Of a DNA stretch of 25,942 bases, positions 10,400 to 18,382 are shown piece after piece (position 1 is the first letter of the stretch; every line of letters begins with the position of its first letter). Below the pieces are notes generated by a model. The model saw only the letters and a list, made by a program, of their open reading frames with translations, did not search any database and was not told the DNA's origin. The position numbers and the translations under genes are program-made. The DNA is from a virus (lineage: Duplodnaviria; Caudoviricetes). The stretch spans positions 1-25,942 of the IMG/VR virus record IMGVR_UViG_3300044990_000860, one strand, 5' to 3'.

Positions 10400-10484
10400 T
10401 TTTTCCTGATTTAATTTTGATCCCCGCTAGCGTGCCCACGTAGCATATTTAACCATGAACCGCACGACAGAGCGCGGAAATCGC

Positions 10485-10534
10485 TAAGCTATTGTTTTTA
10501 CAACCGTAAGTTTGCACTGTAAGCTGTTGTTTTT
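10485..10534. repeat. Direct repeat TAAGCT(A/G)TTGTTTTT x2, IHF-site-like
   Basis: Copies at 10485-10499 and 10520-10534 (14/15 identical), partial third copy TAAGCTGG at 10542. Reverse complement AAACAAnnnnTTA is one mismatch from WATCAANNNNTTR. Confidence 0.55.
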
Positions 10535-10587
10535 GCTGACCTAAGCTGGATTTCATCATGAGGCTGCTACCATGCAGGCATTTTTTT

Positions 10588-10617
10588 GGTTGACGTTTTA
10601 GGCAACCGTGCTATATA
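10588..10617 (+). promoter_or_regulatory. Sigma70-type early promoter (rightward), TTGACG-N16-TATATA
   Basis: GGTTGACGttttaggcaacCGTGCTATATA upstream of the helicase ATG 10645; same GGTTGAC-N12-CGTGCTA frame as the leftward promoter. Confidence 0.72.
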
Positions 10618-10644
10618 TGACTACAGTGCATCACGGGGCTTGAA

Positions 10645-12237
10645 ATGCTTCACGTTTCCGCTACAGTGCCCAACGCCCGCAAGGTGTATCAGCTGTGCGT
10701 CAAGCACCGCTTGCCCGTGCCGGATGCGTTGGTTAGCGTGCTTAACAGCAACACGCAGGCTTGCGATATCCCGGGCTTTAGTTTTCAGCTCAAGGAATAT
10801 CAAGCGCATGGCGTGGCTTATCTCGAACGCTGGGACGGCAACGTGCTGCTGGCTGATGAGCCCGGACTGGGCAAGACCGCGCAGGTCATGGTGTATGCTT
10901 GGCAAAACCGCCGCTTTCCCATGCTGGTGGTGCTGCCCAAGACCTTGCTCTTGAACTGGCGGCGGGAAATCACGCTCATGCTGGGCAGCCAGCTCAGCGT
11001 GCTGATTGTGGGCTTTGTGCCCAGCAAAAAGCGTCAGGCGCAGCTTAGGGCACAATGGCCGCATGTGAGTTTCAGCCGTGTACCGCAGCCGGGTTATGAT
11101 GTAACCCTTATCAACTACGACATTGTCGAGCGCAACCTGGCTGCACTGGAAGCGCAAAACTACGATTATGTTGTGGCTGATGAAAGCCACAAGATCAAAA
11201 ATCCCAAAGCCCATCGCACGCAGGCTTTTTTGCGGCTGGTGACAGGACGTGAGGAAATTCCCCGGCAGCGTGGCCAGTTTCGTCCGGTGCATGATGCTGT
11301 GCCGCATGTGACGTTCTGCACGGGCACGCCCATGTTGAATCGGCCTGTTGAGCTGTGGACAACTGTGAACACGTTGGCTGGCTGGGTGCCGCAGTTTGAA
11401 AACTTTTTTAACTTTGCTTCTAAGTTCTGCAATGCCCATAAGACCCGCTGGGGCTGGGACTTTAACGGCAGCAGCAACGAAGCCGAGATCAACACGCTGT
11501 TGACTGAAACTTGCATGCTGCGTCGTCTCAAGCAGGACGTGCTCCGGGATTTGCCGCCCAAGACTTTTGTTACGGTTCCCCTGGAGTTTGATCGCGCTGA
11601 GTATGATGCTGTAGCAGCCGCTTTTGAGGGCTCGGGCGCTTGGAAGCAGGGCATGGAAACCCTGGTTCGGCATGGCGGCAATGCTGCCAAGAGCGACGAA
11701 GCCATCGTGGCGCTGGGCAAGTGCCGTGAGATTGCTGCATATGCCAAGCTGGACAATGCCGTGGAATGGATCATGGACTTTGTCGAGCAGGGTGAAAAGC
11801 TTGTGGTGTTTGCACATCACCAGCGCATGGTTGATCAAGTTGCTGAACGTCTCGCAGCGGCTAATATCGGCGTGCGAGTGATTCGCGGCGGTGTTAGCTT
11901 GGAGCAGCGTGCCCAGGCAGCGCAGGACTTCCAAACTCGCAATGATGTGCAGGTGATTGTCTTGAACATTGCCAGTGCAGGCTTTGGCATCACGCTCACT
12001 GCGGCGCGGGCGTGTGCGTTTCTCCAGCTGCCTTGGACCCCGGGTGATCTCATCCAAGCTGCGGATCGTGTTCACCGCATCGGGCAGCAGGACAACGTCA
12101 CTGTTTACAATCTTGTTGCCGAGGGCACTGTGGAAGAGGACATAGGTGAACTGATCATGAGCAAGGCGGCTGTGAGCAATGCAGTTGTTGATGGCGGCGC
12201 CAACCGCGAGTTGGCTGATTTGAATCTGGGCCAGTAA
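10645..12237 (+). CDS. SNF2-family ATPase, SMARCAL1/ZRANB3-like annealing helicase core (530 aa)
   Basis: LLADEPGLGKT (motif I), VVADESHKIKN (II), TGTPMLNRPVELW (III), MLRRLKQDVLRDLPPK, GFGITLTAA (V), WTPGDLIQAADRVHRIGQ (VI). Confidence 0.93.
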   Translation: MLHVSATVPNARKVYQLCVKHRLPVPDALVSVLNSNTQACDIPGFSFQLKEYQAHGVAYLERWDGNVLLADEPGLGKTAQVMVYAWQNRRFPMLVVLPKTLLLNWRREITLMLGSQLSVLIVGFVPSKKRQAQLRAQWPHVSFSRVPQPGYDVTLINYDIVERNLAALEAQNYDYVVADESHKIKNPKAHRTQAFLRLVTGREEIPRQRGQFRPVHDAVPHVTFCTGTPMLNRPVELWTTVNTLAGWVPQFENFFNFASKFCNAHKTRWGWDFNGSSNEAEINTLLTETCMLRRLKQDVLRDLPPKTFVTVPLEFDRAEYDAVAAAFEGSGAWKQGMETLVRHGGNAAKSDEAIVALGKCREIAAYAKLDNAVEWIMDFVEQGEKLVVFAHHQRMVDQVAERLAAANIGVRVIRGGVSLEQRAQAAQDFQTRNDVQVIVLNIASAGFGITLTAARACAFLQLPWTPGDLIQAADRVHRIGQQDNVTVYNLVAEGTVEEDIGELIMSKAAVSNAVVDGGANRELADLNLGQ

Positions 12238-12247
12238 AGGAGGAAAA

Positions 12248-12415
12248 ATGGTCGCTTTATTTCTACTGCTGTTTGTTTGGATTCCCTTAGCTATCAGTGT
12301 CACACGAGTTTTGGGCTTGCCCATGCTGGTAGTTGCTATGCTTTGGTTGGGGTTTGTGATCTTATTTGCCCCAATCAACTACTTTTTTGGACCTTTTATC
12401 ATTATAGGACCGTAA
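12248..12415 (+). CDS. Small very hydrophobic membrane protein (55 aa), not in ORF track
   Basis: AAGGAGG RBS, then MVALFLLLFVWIPLAISVTRVLGLPMLVVAMLWLGFVILFAPINYFFGPFIIIGP-stop; fills the gap between the helicase and the 195-aa ORF. Confidence 0.75.
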   Translation: MVALFLLLFVWIPLAISVTRVLGLPMLVVAMLWLGFVILFAPINYFFGPFIIIGP

Positions 12416-12419
12416 TGTT

Positions 12420-13007
12420 ATGAAAAACTTGTTTGGCCTTGTTGGCGTTGTTATTGCTGGCTGCATTTTTGCTGCAGAGCCCAGTTGGGCTGATGTTGCA
12501 AAACAAGCTGCTACCCGTTATGGAGGTAGTGGAAAAGAATGGGGTTATTACGAAGCACCTTGGGCATTTTTCCTTGCAACTGGTATTGGATTGTGGTTTA
12601 CATACAACCTCATGATGGTTTTTCGCCCATTTGCTTACATTGCAGGTGCAATTTCAGTCTTTATGTTTGCACATGGTATTGCGATTATAGGTAATTTTTA
12701 TGGCAGTAATCCTCGAGGTGATGTAAGTATTTTTACATATCAAAACCCTTATTTTATCAGCAAATATGAACATGATCGACTGTGGCGTCTAGCTTGGAAG
12801 TTCCAAGAGGATTGTCGCGGTAACAACGGTTGCACTACCAGTGTGTGGCGTGCTTTCCAAGACTGCAAATCGTTCAACAACTGCCGTGGTGTAATGGTCG
12901 AGGTCTATAACGAACGGCGGCGCGAACTAGCTGAGAACCCGCATGCGTTTAGTAGTTTTAAACCTTGCGAAGATCGCAGCATCAACAGCTGGGCCAAGTG
13001 TTGGTAG
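12420..13007 (+). CDS. Membrane/exported protein (195 aa) with signal-like N-terminus, two TM segments and Cys-rich C-terminal domain
   Basis: MKNLFGLVGVVIAGCIFAAEPSWA; hydrophobic stretches WAFFLATGIGLWF and FAYIAGAISVFMFAHGIAIIG; six Cys in the last ~65 aa; AGGA upstream. Confidence 0.75.
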   Translation: MKNLFGLVGVVIAGCIFAAEPSWADVAKQAATRYGGSGKEWGYYEAPWAFFLATGIGLWFTYNLMMVFRPFAYIAGAISVFMFAHGIAIIGNFYGSNPRGDVSIFTYQNPYFISKYEHDRLWRLAWKFQEDCRGNNGCTTSVWRAFQDCKSFNNCRGVMVEVYNERRRELAENPHAFSSFKPCEDRSINSWAKCW

Positions 13008-13032
13008 CACATCTAGCTGGTTGGCGGGGCTG

Positions 13033-15306
13033 TTACAGTTTACCACGCCACAGCAAAGCCTCCCTTTCTCGTCGTGTAACCAAGCCCCGTAATAGGGGCT
13101 TTCCTGTCCATTCCATAAGCAAGTTGGGAATATCTGCATAGTTTCCTTTGTTAAGTTCCTTTAATAAAGTGCTGCTGGCAAGTCTCCCTCCACCTATGTT
13201 AAATGTAAAACTGCATAAGGCATCAAATTGATTTTGGGTTAAAGGCACTTTGACCAAACGTCGGACGTATGTTTCACCTTCGGCTGCAATATCTTGCAAC
13301 AACAACGTTTGTATTTCTGGTTGGCTCAAGTTTCGACTCAATGGCACACGCACCCCTCCTATCAAGACGCTATTAGAGGAAATGTCTTGAGCAGTTAGTT
13401 TGTGCCCAACTCCTACAGTAAGATTCCCTTTGGGATCTGGATGTACATCGGCTCTTGATGATTCAAATTCTGTTATAAAACGTGCAAGACTGGGACTGGC
13501 TTTTAGCCCTGCAACTGATACCAGATCAGTGCTATTACCTTCAAACTTGTATATAGGGCTGCCTTTTTCGTCATATCCTTGCCCACTGTATCTGCCTGCT
13601 GGCATGCCTTCTCGGGGACTACCTACAAGATCCAAAGGTTTGTCTTGCCCTGCTATAACTTGACCAGTTTTCAATCCACCATTTGTGTTTTGTTCCACAC
13701 TTCCATTCAAACCATCAACTCTGCCACTGTGCCCAGTATAGGGTTCATGATAAGGCAATCTAGGCATGATGGTGTTAATCAAGATATACCTAAACTGTCC
13801 TTCAGTTATAATTTGCATGTCTTTTTGCAACAAGCTGACTGTGCTTGTGGCTGGTTTAGCTACAGCAGCTTGCGGCGCATTACGTCCATTCATGTCTATA
13901 CGGGCAGAACTTAACACATAGTTTCCTGCACACAAAACTCCAAACTCTCCGCTAGCAGTGTCACGCAAATAGCCACCACTTTTTCTATCGTAATTGCCAT
14001 AGCTAGTTTCATATATATTGGTTCCTGCACTGCGATGTGTTTCTTTCAAACTGGTCTGGTACATGTTATCATGGCTCATCAAATGCATGTCTTTAGCAGC
14101 TTCGAGTTTGATCAAACCTCCATCAGTAGTTCGTGTTGCTACAGGACTGGGGTTAAGTTCAATACTTTTACCAACCCCTGAAACCACATAGCTAATCAAG
14201 TTGTAAGTGGTATCAAGATTGCGCCTAAACTCCACTAAAAGACCATCAGTAAAAACCACACTGGAGTTGCTAATTTGATTAGTCAAACTACTTTGCCAGT
14301 TACCAACATACGTATATTGTTCTTTACCAATAATTAAGTTTTGAGCATCAGTAATGTCCAAGAAAATAGCAATGTCAGGTATAGGGCCCAAAGCTTCGTC
14401 ACGTGCTTTTATAAAAACACTGCGGCCAGCTTCAATATTCACATCTAAATCAGCCCGTAAGTTCAAGCTTCCTTGAGTCCTTATGCTGATGTCAGCTTGA
14501 GCATATATATCAATTTCACCGCCACCGCTGAGTTCCACCCAGTTTTTGCCATCCACACTGTTCATGTAAACACAACCAGTGCTGTCGTTAACTAGCACTT
14601 GTGCACCTGACTGCGTACGTAATCTTATAAAGCGGTTTCCAGGATTGTCGTCAAAAACAACTTGGTTACCACCCGGCGTTAGAATTCCATAAGCATTATT
14701 GATAGGGTCAGGACGCCGGGCGCTGGCGTTGGTAATCCCACGAATTGGATCATCTAGCAGGCCTTGTCGTAAAAGTGCGTCACGCAGAGGTTCAAACTCG
14801 GGCCTTTGAGAAGTTTCACTGGGATCACCATTATATTGGTTGCGTTTGTTATATTCCACAACAGGTGCGCCATTTGTGCCGCCGTTGCCTGCAATACCAG
14901 GAACCATGTTGTTCATGTTTTGCTGATACAAGCAACCAAGCCAAATGCCTTTGCTGCTATCGCCGTTTATAAACGCAACTATTACTTCGTTGTCTTTGTC
15001 AGGTGGCACAAACCACATGCCGTAACTGCGTTGACTGGCTGTGTAACTTGTATCATTGGGTTTGTTGTTGTAGACACTAGTAGCCCCAGCAAACGGACTG
15101 CAATAGCTGACAATAAACCACGAGCTAGGGTCTAGACCATCGCCGCCTGATATTTCTGGAATCCAAACTCTAAGGCGACCCATGCGGCTGTCATCATCAG
15201 TTTCTCTTACAAACCCCACATACATTTTGTCAAGTAAAGGTGTTCTACCTTGTGGTTGTAAGCCGTACTCATCGGGAGTATCACTTGTTCTAGTTAATAA
15301 TACCAT
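13033..15306 (-). CDS. gp5: Baseplate central spike, gp5/VgrG-like, with C-terminal GH24 lysozyme (757 aa)
   Basis: OB-fold YVGFV...D...MGRLRVWIP...SYGMWFVPPD...VIVAF; beta-helix-like repeats; C-terminal E-x8-D-x5-T (ESSRADVHPDPKGNLT), VGVGH, QNQFDALCSFTFNIG, GLVTRREREA. Confidence 0.88.
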   Translation of the reverse strand: MVLLTRTSDTPDEYGLQPQGRTPLLDKMYVGFVRETDDDSRMGRLRVWIPEISGGDGLDPSSWFIVSYCSPFAGATSVYNNKPNDTSYTASQRSYGMWFVPPDKDNEVIVAFINGDSSKGIWLGCLYQQNMNNMVPGIAGNGGTNGAPVVEYNKRNQYNGDPSETSQRPEFEPLRDALLRQGLLDDPIRGITNASARRPDPINNAYGILTPGGNQVVFDDNPGNRFIRLRTQSGAQVLVNDSTGCVYMNSVDGKNWVELSGGGEIDIYAQADISIRTQGSLNLRADLDVNIEAGRSVFIKARDEALGPIPDIAIFLDITDAQNLIIGKEQYTYVGNWQSSLTNQISNSSVVFTDGLLVEFRRNLDTTYNLISYVVSGVGKSIELNPSPVATRTTDGGLIKLEAAKDMHLMSHDNMYQTSLKETHRSAGTNIYETSYGNYDRKSGGYLRDTASGEFGVLCAGNYVLSSARIDMNGRNAPQAAVAKPATSTVSLLQKDMQIITEGQFRYILINTIMPRLPYHEPYTGHSGRVDGLNGSVEQNTNGGLKTGQVIAGQDKPLDLVGSPREGMPAGRYSGQGYDEKGSPIYKFEGNSTDLVSVAGLKASPSLARFITEFESSRADVHPDPKGNLTVGVGHKLTAQDISSNSVLIGGVRVPLSRNLSQPEIQTLLLQDIAAEGETYVRRLVKVPLTQNQFDALCSFTFNIGGGRLASSTLLKELNKGNYADIPNLLMEWTGKPLLRGLVTRREREALLWRGKL

Positions 15307-15309
15307 TTA

Positions 15310-18066
15310 TTAATATCCTGAAACATCGCCACTAGGATTTCCCAAAGGCTGTAAGTTTCGTTGTGGCTGTACAGGGCTAGCAGGTGCTATTCTTGCTTGT
15401 TCTGTTTTTTTAGCAGCCTCATCGGCTTTCTTGATATAACTGTCCATGGCAGTATTACCATGTTGACTAAATGTATCTTTGCAACTGGTTAATACCTGCG
15501 AGAACTTACCATTTGCAAAGATATTTTTCACTTGAATAACCAGATAAAATCCATCAACAAACTGATTGTTTTGTGTAAACTCCATGAATCCTGTTTCAGG
15601 ATTGGGAGCTTGTCCGCTGCGGAAGGTAAGATAATACATGTTATCACCGCCAATCAGTTCTGCGAAGTTGCTATTAAGATCTGCTAACTTATCAGGAACA
15701 GCCGCGTCAATATCAATGTTGCTATGTCCCATCCACCAAGGATCTCCACGTATTTCCAAATCAATTTTTATCATTTCTTTATTGGCACTGTCAAAGTTGC
15801 CAATCACGCTGCCAAACAAACTACGACTTTTAGGATAGTTTATTTGATTAGTGCTAAATGTAGGAGTTTGCTGACTGGCAGCGCCTTGATTGCCATCTGC
15901 TTGCCGGGCAGCATCATTAGGAATAACTGTGTTAACGTAGGGAAAATCTGGATCAATAATGTCTTGATCTTCAACAAAAAGCTGTTGGTTTTCTTGGTTC
16001 ACCGCGGCAAATCTGCTGCGTAACTGTTCTACACCACGTCGTCGAGCCAAAGCTTGTGGGTTATCTTGGATAATAGCACTGGGTTCACGATCGTAAAAAT
16101 CCACAAAGTCTTGTGTTTGTTGTCTGAGATTTTGTTCCAAGGTGTTACGTTCTTGTTGCAAGGCAGCAACTTGTTGTTGAGCAGTGTTAAGTCCTGGAAT
16201 GTTTGCTACTATCTGCTGTCGCTCCCGTAATAAAATCAACCTCTCAGCCCCCAAAACCCTTAATTCACCATAAGAATCCTTCTCTTGTAGTTGAGCAGTT
16301 AGTCCACGTAGTTTTTGATTGGCATTTTGTAAGCCTTCTACAAGACGTTCAGCTTCTTGAATTTGTTTTGGCAAGGCATTATATCTCTCTTTGGCTTTGC
16401 GATATTGAGCTAATCGTTGTTCCCATGCACTTGCTTTGTCATTAGCTAGGGGGCCAATAGTTTGATTGCTGTAGTTGTTTGTTCCGGCATAAGGTACTGT
16501 GGCTATGGCAAAAAAGTTGTTGACTTTTAAATCAAATTTTATAATATCTAAGTTCAAACCTGTGTAAATCCATTCATATCGTTTTTTAATTCTACCACTT
16601 GTTAACAAAAACTTGAGTTTTTGCATTTGCACATTGCGCTTTTCCACAGCCCGTATAGTGGGAATATCTTCTCCACGCACCCGAGTTTCCCAATAGGGAA
16701 CAATTGTATAGGTGACTTTTTCCACATATTTGCCAGCACGAAAATCATAGCCCACATAGCTTACCTTGCTGTGGATTTTAACATTTTTGACCAAGCCATG
16801 TGTTAAAGTAGTTACGCTGCCTTGTTGATTTTGCCCACCCTGTGTCCAATTTTTAAACTCATCACACAAGCTAAGTGTTTGGTAAACCAAGCTACTGAAG
16901 TCAATGCCCTTCGTAGCAGTTATCTGAACTGTGTTGCCCTCGGCTTTAATGTTCATGTTCTTGCTGCGCTGATCATCACTAAGACGGCTTTTATTCATCT
17001 GCCAGGAGCGCATTTCATTTGGCAAGCGAATTTCATATTGTGCTAACGGAGCCGTGCCCAATGCAAGAGTTTCTTGATTGAAGTTCAGTGCTTTCTGAAA
17101 CTTATCAAAAAAATCTCCTACTGTAGTGGCACTTACAGATATCGTACTAGTTTGCAAATCTAGTTGATTAGTATAGCCAATTTGTCCATCCATGATACCT
17201 TGTACTTCGTAACTTCCACCACCCTCATTGCCGCTGAAGTTGATTGTGGTAATTACAACACGATAGATTTGATGAAATAATGCTTGGTCAACTGGTGCGC
17301 CATTTTCATCATATCCCACAAACCAAACTTCTATGAAAAACTTAGCACGCTGCCAGTTAATAGTACCAAACTGTTGAGCTGTGGAGTTCAATCTATCAGG
17401 CAAACTGAAGCCGTAGGGCTCTATGATTTTCATAGTATAGCTCACACTGGGCATGTTGCGGGTTTCGTTGTTTGTTCCCACCAAGTTACGCAGAGTAAAC
17501 TCAGTTATGTTAAATCCTGCTGTTGCTCCACTTTCAGCAATCACTACTTTTGGTATAGCATCTACCACACCTTTGCTGCTAGAAACTGTTTCTGATAGAC
17601 TTTCACTAGTCATCCAAAACTTTATATGGTAAGTATAGTTTGCATATTCATCAAGTGGATTAGGTCGCATGCTCTCACGAGTTAGGGCATCAAAGTCAAT
17701 AGTTTCAACATTTTGAGAAACTTGCCTTATTGTGCCAGCTGTTCGTATAGGTGCTTCGCCTTGCAGAGCATCAGTTTGTTGTATATAACCCAAGGCAGCT
17801 TTGGTAACAGCATCATAGTTTGATCTGCTAGCTTGGCCAGCTAAGTCTGCAAGATTTTTAATAGTGGCAGTGTCGCCGCGTTGATTAGCTGTTTTTATAG
17901 CTGCTCCAATTACATCAGGTCTTTCAGGAGCAACAACTGGCCGTGCTGCTGCGGCTTGGTCTGCTGCTTGTGCGCCTCGCTCTTGTTGTTCAGCGATGCG
18001 TTGCTGCTGTGCATTTGGAGTACTGGGCGTCACGAGATAATCTATAGCGCGAGAAAACCAATTCAT
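15310..18066 (-). CDS. Baseplate hub protein, gp27-like, with coiled-coil insertion (918 aa)
   Basis: Lies between gp53 and gp5. Motifs NPLDEYANYTY, IIEPYG, YEWIYTGLNLDII, LEIRGDPWW and GFYLVIQVKNIF..GKFSQVL match the hub C-terminal pattern. Confidence 0.68.
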   Translation of the reverse strand: MNWFSRAIDYLVTPSTPNAQQQRIAEQQERGAQAADQAAAARPVVAPERPDVIGAAIKTANQRGDTATIKNLADLAGQASRSNYDAVTKAALGYIQQTDALQGEAPIRTAGTIRQVSQNVETIDFDALTRESMRPNPLDEYANYTYHIKFWMTSESLSETVSSSKGVVDAIPKVVIAESGATAGFNITEFTLRNLVGTNNETRNMPSVSYTMKIIEPYGFSLPDRLNSTAQQFGTINWQRAKFFIEVWFVGYDENGAPVDQALFHQIYRVVITTINFSGNEGGGSYEVQGIMDGQIGYTNQLDLQTSTISVSATTVGDFFDKFQKALNFNQETLALGTAPLAQYEIRLPNEMRSWQMNKSRLSDDQRSKNMNIKAEGNTVQITATKGIDFSSLVYQTLSLCDEFKNWTQGGQNQQGSVTTLTHGLVKNVKIHSKVSYVGYDFRAGKYVEKVTYTIVPYWETRVRGEDIPTIRAVEKRNVQMQKLKFLLTSGRIKKRYEWIYTGLNLDIIKFDLKVNNFFAIATVPYAGTNNYSNQTIGPLANDKASAWEQRLAQYRKAKERYNALPKQIQEAERLVEGLQNANQKLRGLTAQLQEKDSYGELRVLGAERLILLRERQQIVANIPGLNTAQQQVAALQQERNTLEQNLRQQTQDFVDFYDREPSAIIQDNPQALARRRGVEQLRSRFAAVNQENQQLFVEDQDIIDPDFPYVNTVIPNDAARQADGNQGAASQQTPTFSTNQINYPKSRSLFGSVIGNFDSANKEMIKIDLEIRGDPWWMGHSNIDIDAAVPDKLADLNSNFAELIGGDNMYYLTFRSGQAPNPETGFMEFTQNNQFVDGFYLVIQVKNIFANGKFSQVLTSCKDTFSQHGNTAMDSYIKKADEAAKKTEQARIAPASPVQPQRNLQPLGNPSGDVSGY

Positions 18067-18067
18067 T

Positions 18068-18382
18068 TTACAATAACCCTGCTAGAGTTTGATTACTGGG
18101 AACATAGATCTGTACGCCAGGTATCATGTCATATATAGGATCCTGTAAAGTATCACTGTTGTAAACTGCGAAAATCCACCACAATCTTGGAGTTCCATAT
18201 GCATCGTAACTTAATAAGTCAGGACGATGTTTATATTTTTCAGGCAAAGTAATAACTGCGTCGTCAGCCCCTGTAGTTAAAACTGGAGGCTGCCAGTAAT
18301 CTAAATACGTGACATATTGATTTACTTGTGGTGTTAGCTTGTAATAGCTGTTGTTATTATAGAAAGATTTAATCATATCCAT
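18068..18382 (-). CDS. gp53: Baseplate wedge gp53-like LysM protein (104 aa)
   Basis: YKHRPDLLSYDAYGTPRLWWIFAVYN...DPIYD..PG..IYVP. Confidence 0.85.
   Translation of the reverse strand: MDMIKSFYNNNSYYKLTPQVNQYVTYLDYWQPPVLTTGADDAVITLPEKYKHRPDLLSYDAYGTPRLWWIFAVYNSDTLQDPIYDMIPGVQIYVPSNQTLAGLL

Noticed and set aside
9454-10443. 329-aa plus-strand ORF and other short overlapping ORFs
   Set aside because: Antisense to the 240-aa and 93-aa genes, which have RBSs, a promoter and a terminator.
10621-12378. 585-aa minus-strand ORF
   Set aside because: Antisense shadow of the SNF2 helicase in a GC-rich region; no motifs, RBS or promoter.
9093-13032. Island as an integrative mobile element
   Set aside because: No integrase or transposase, and no flanking att or target-site repeats that I could find.
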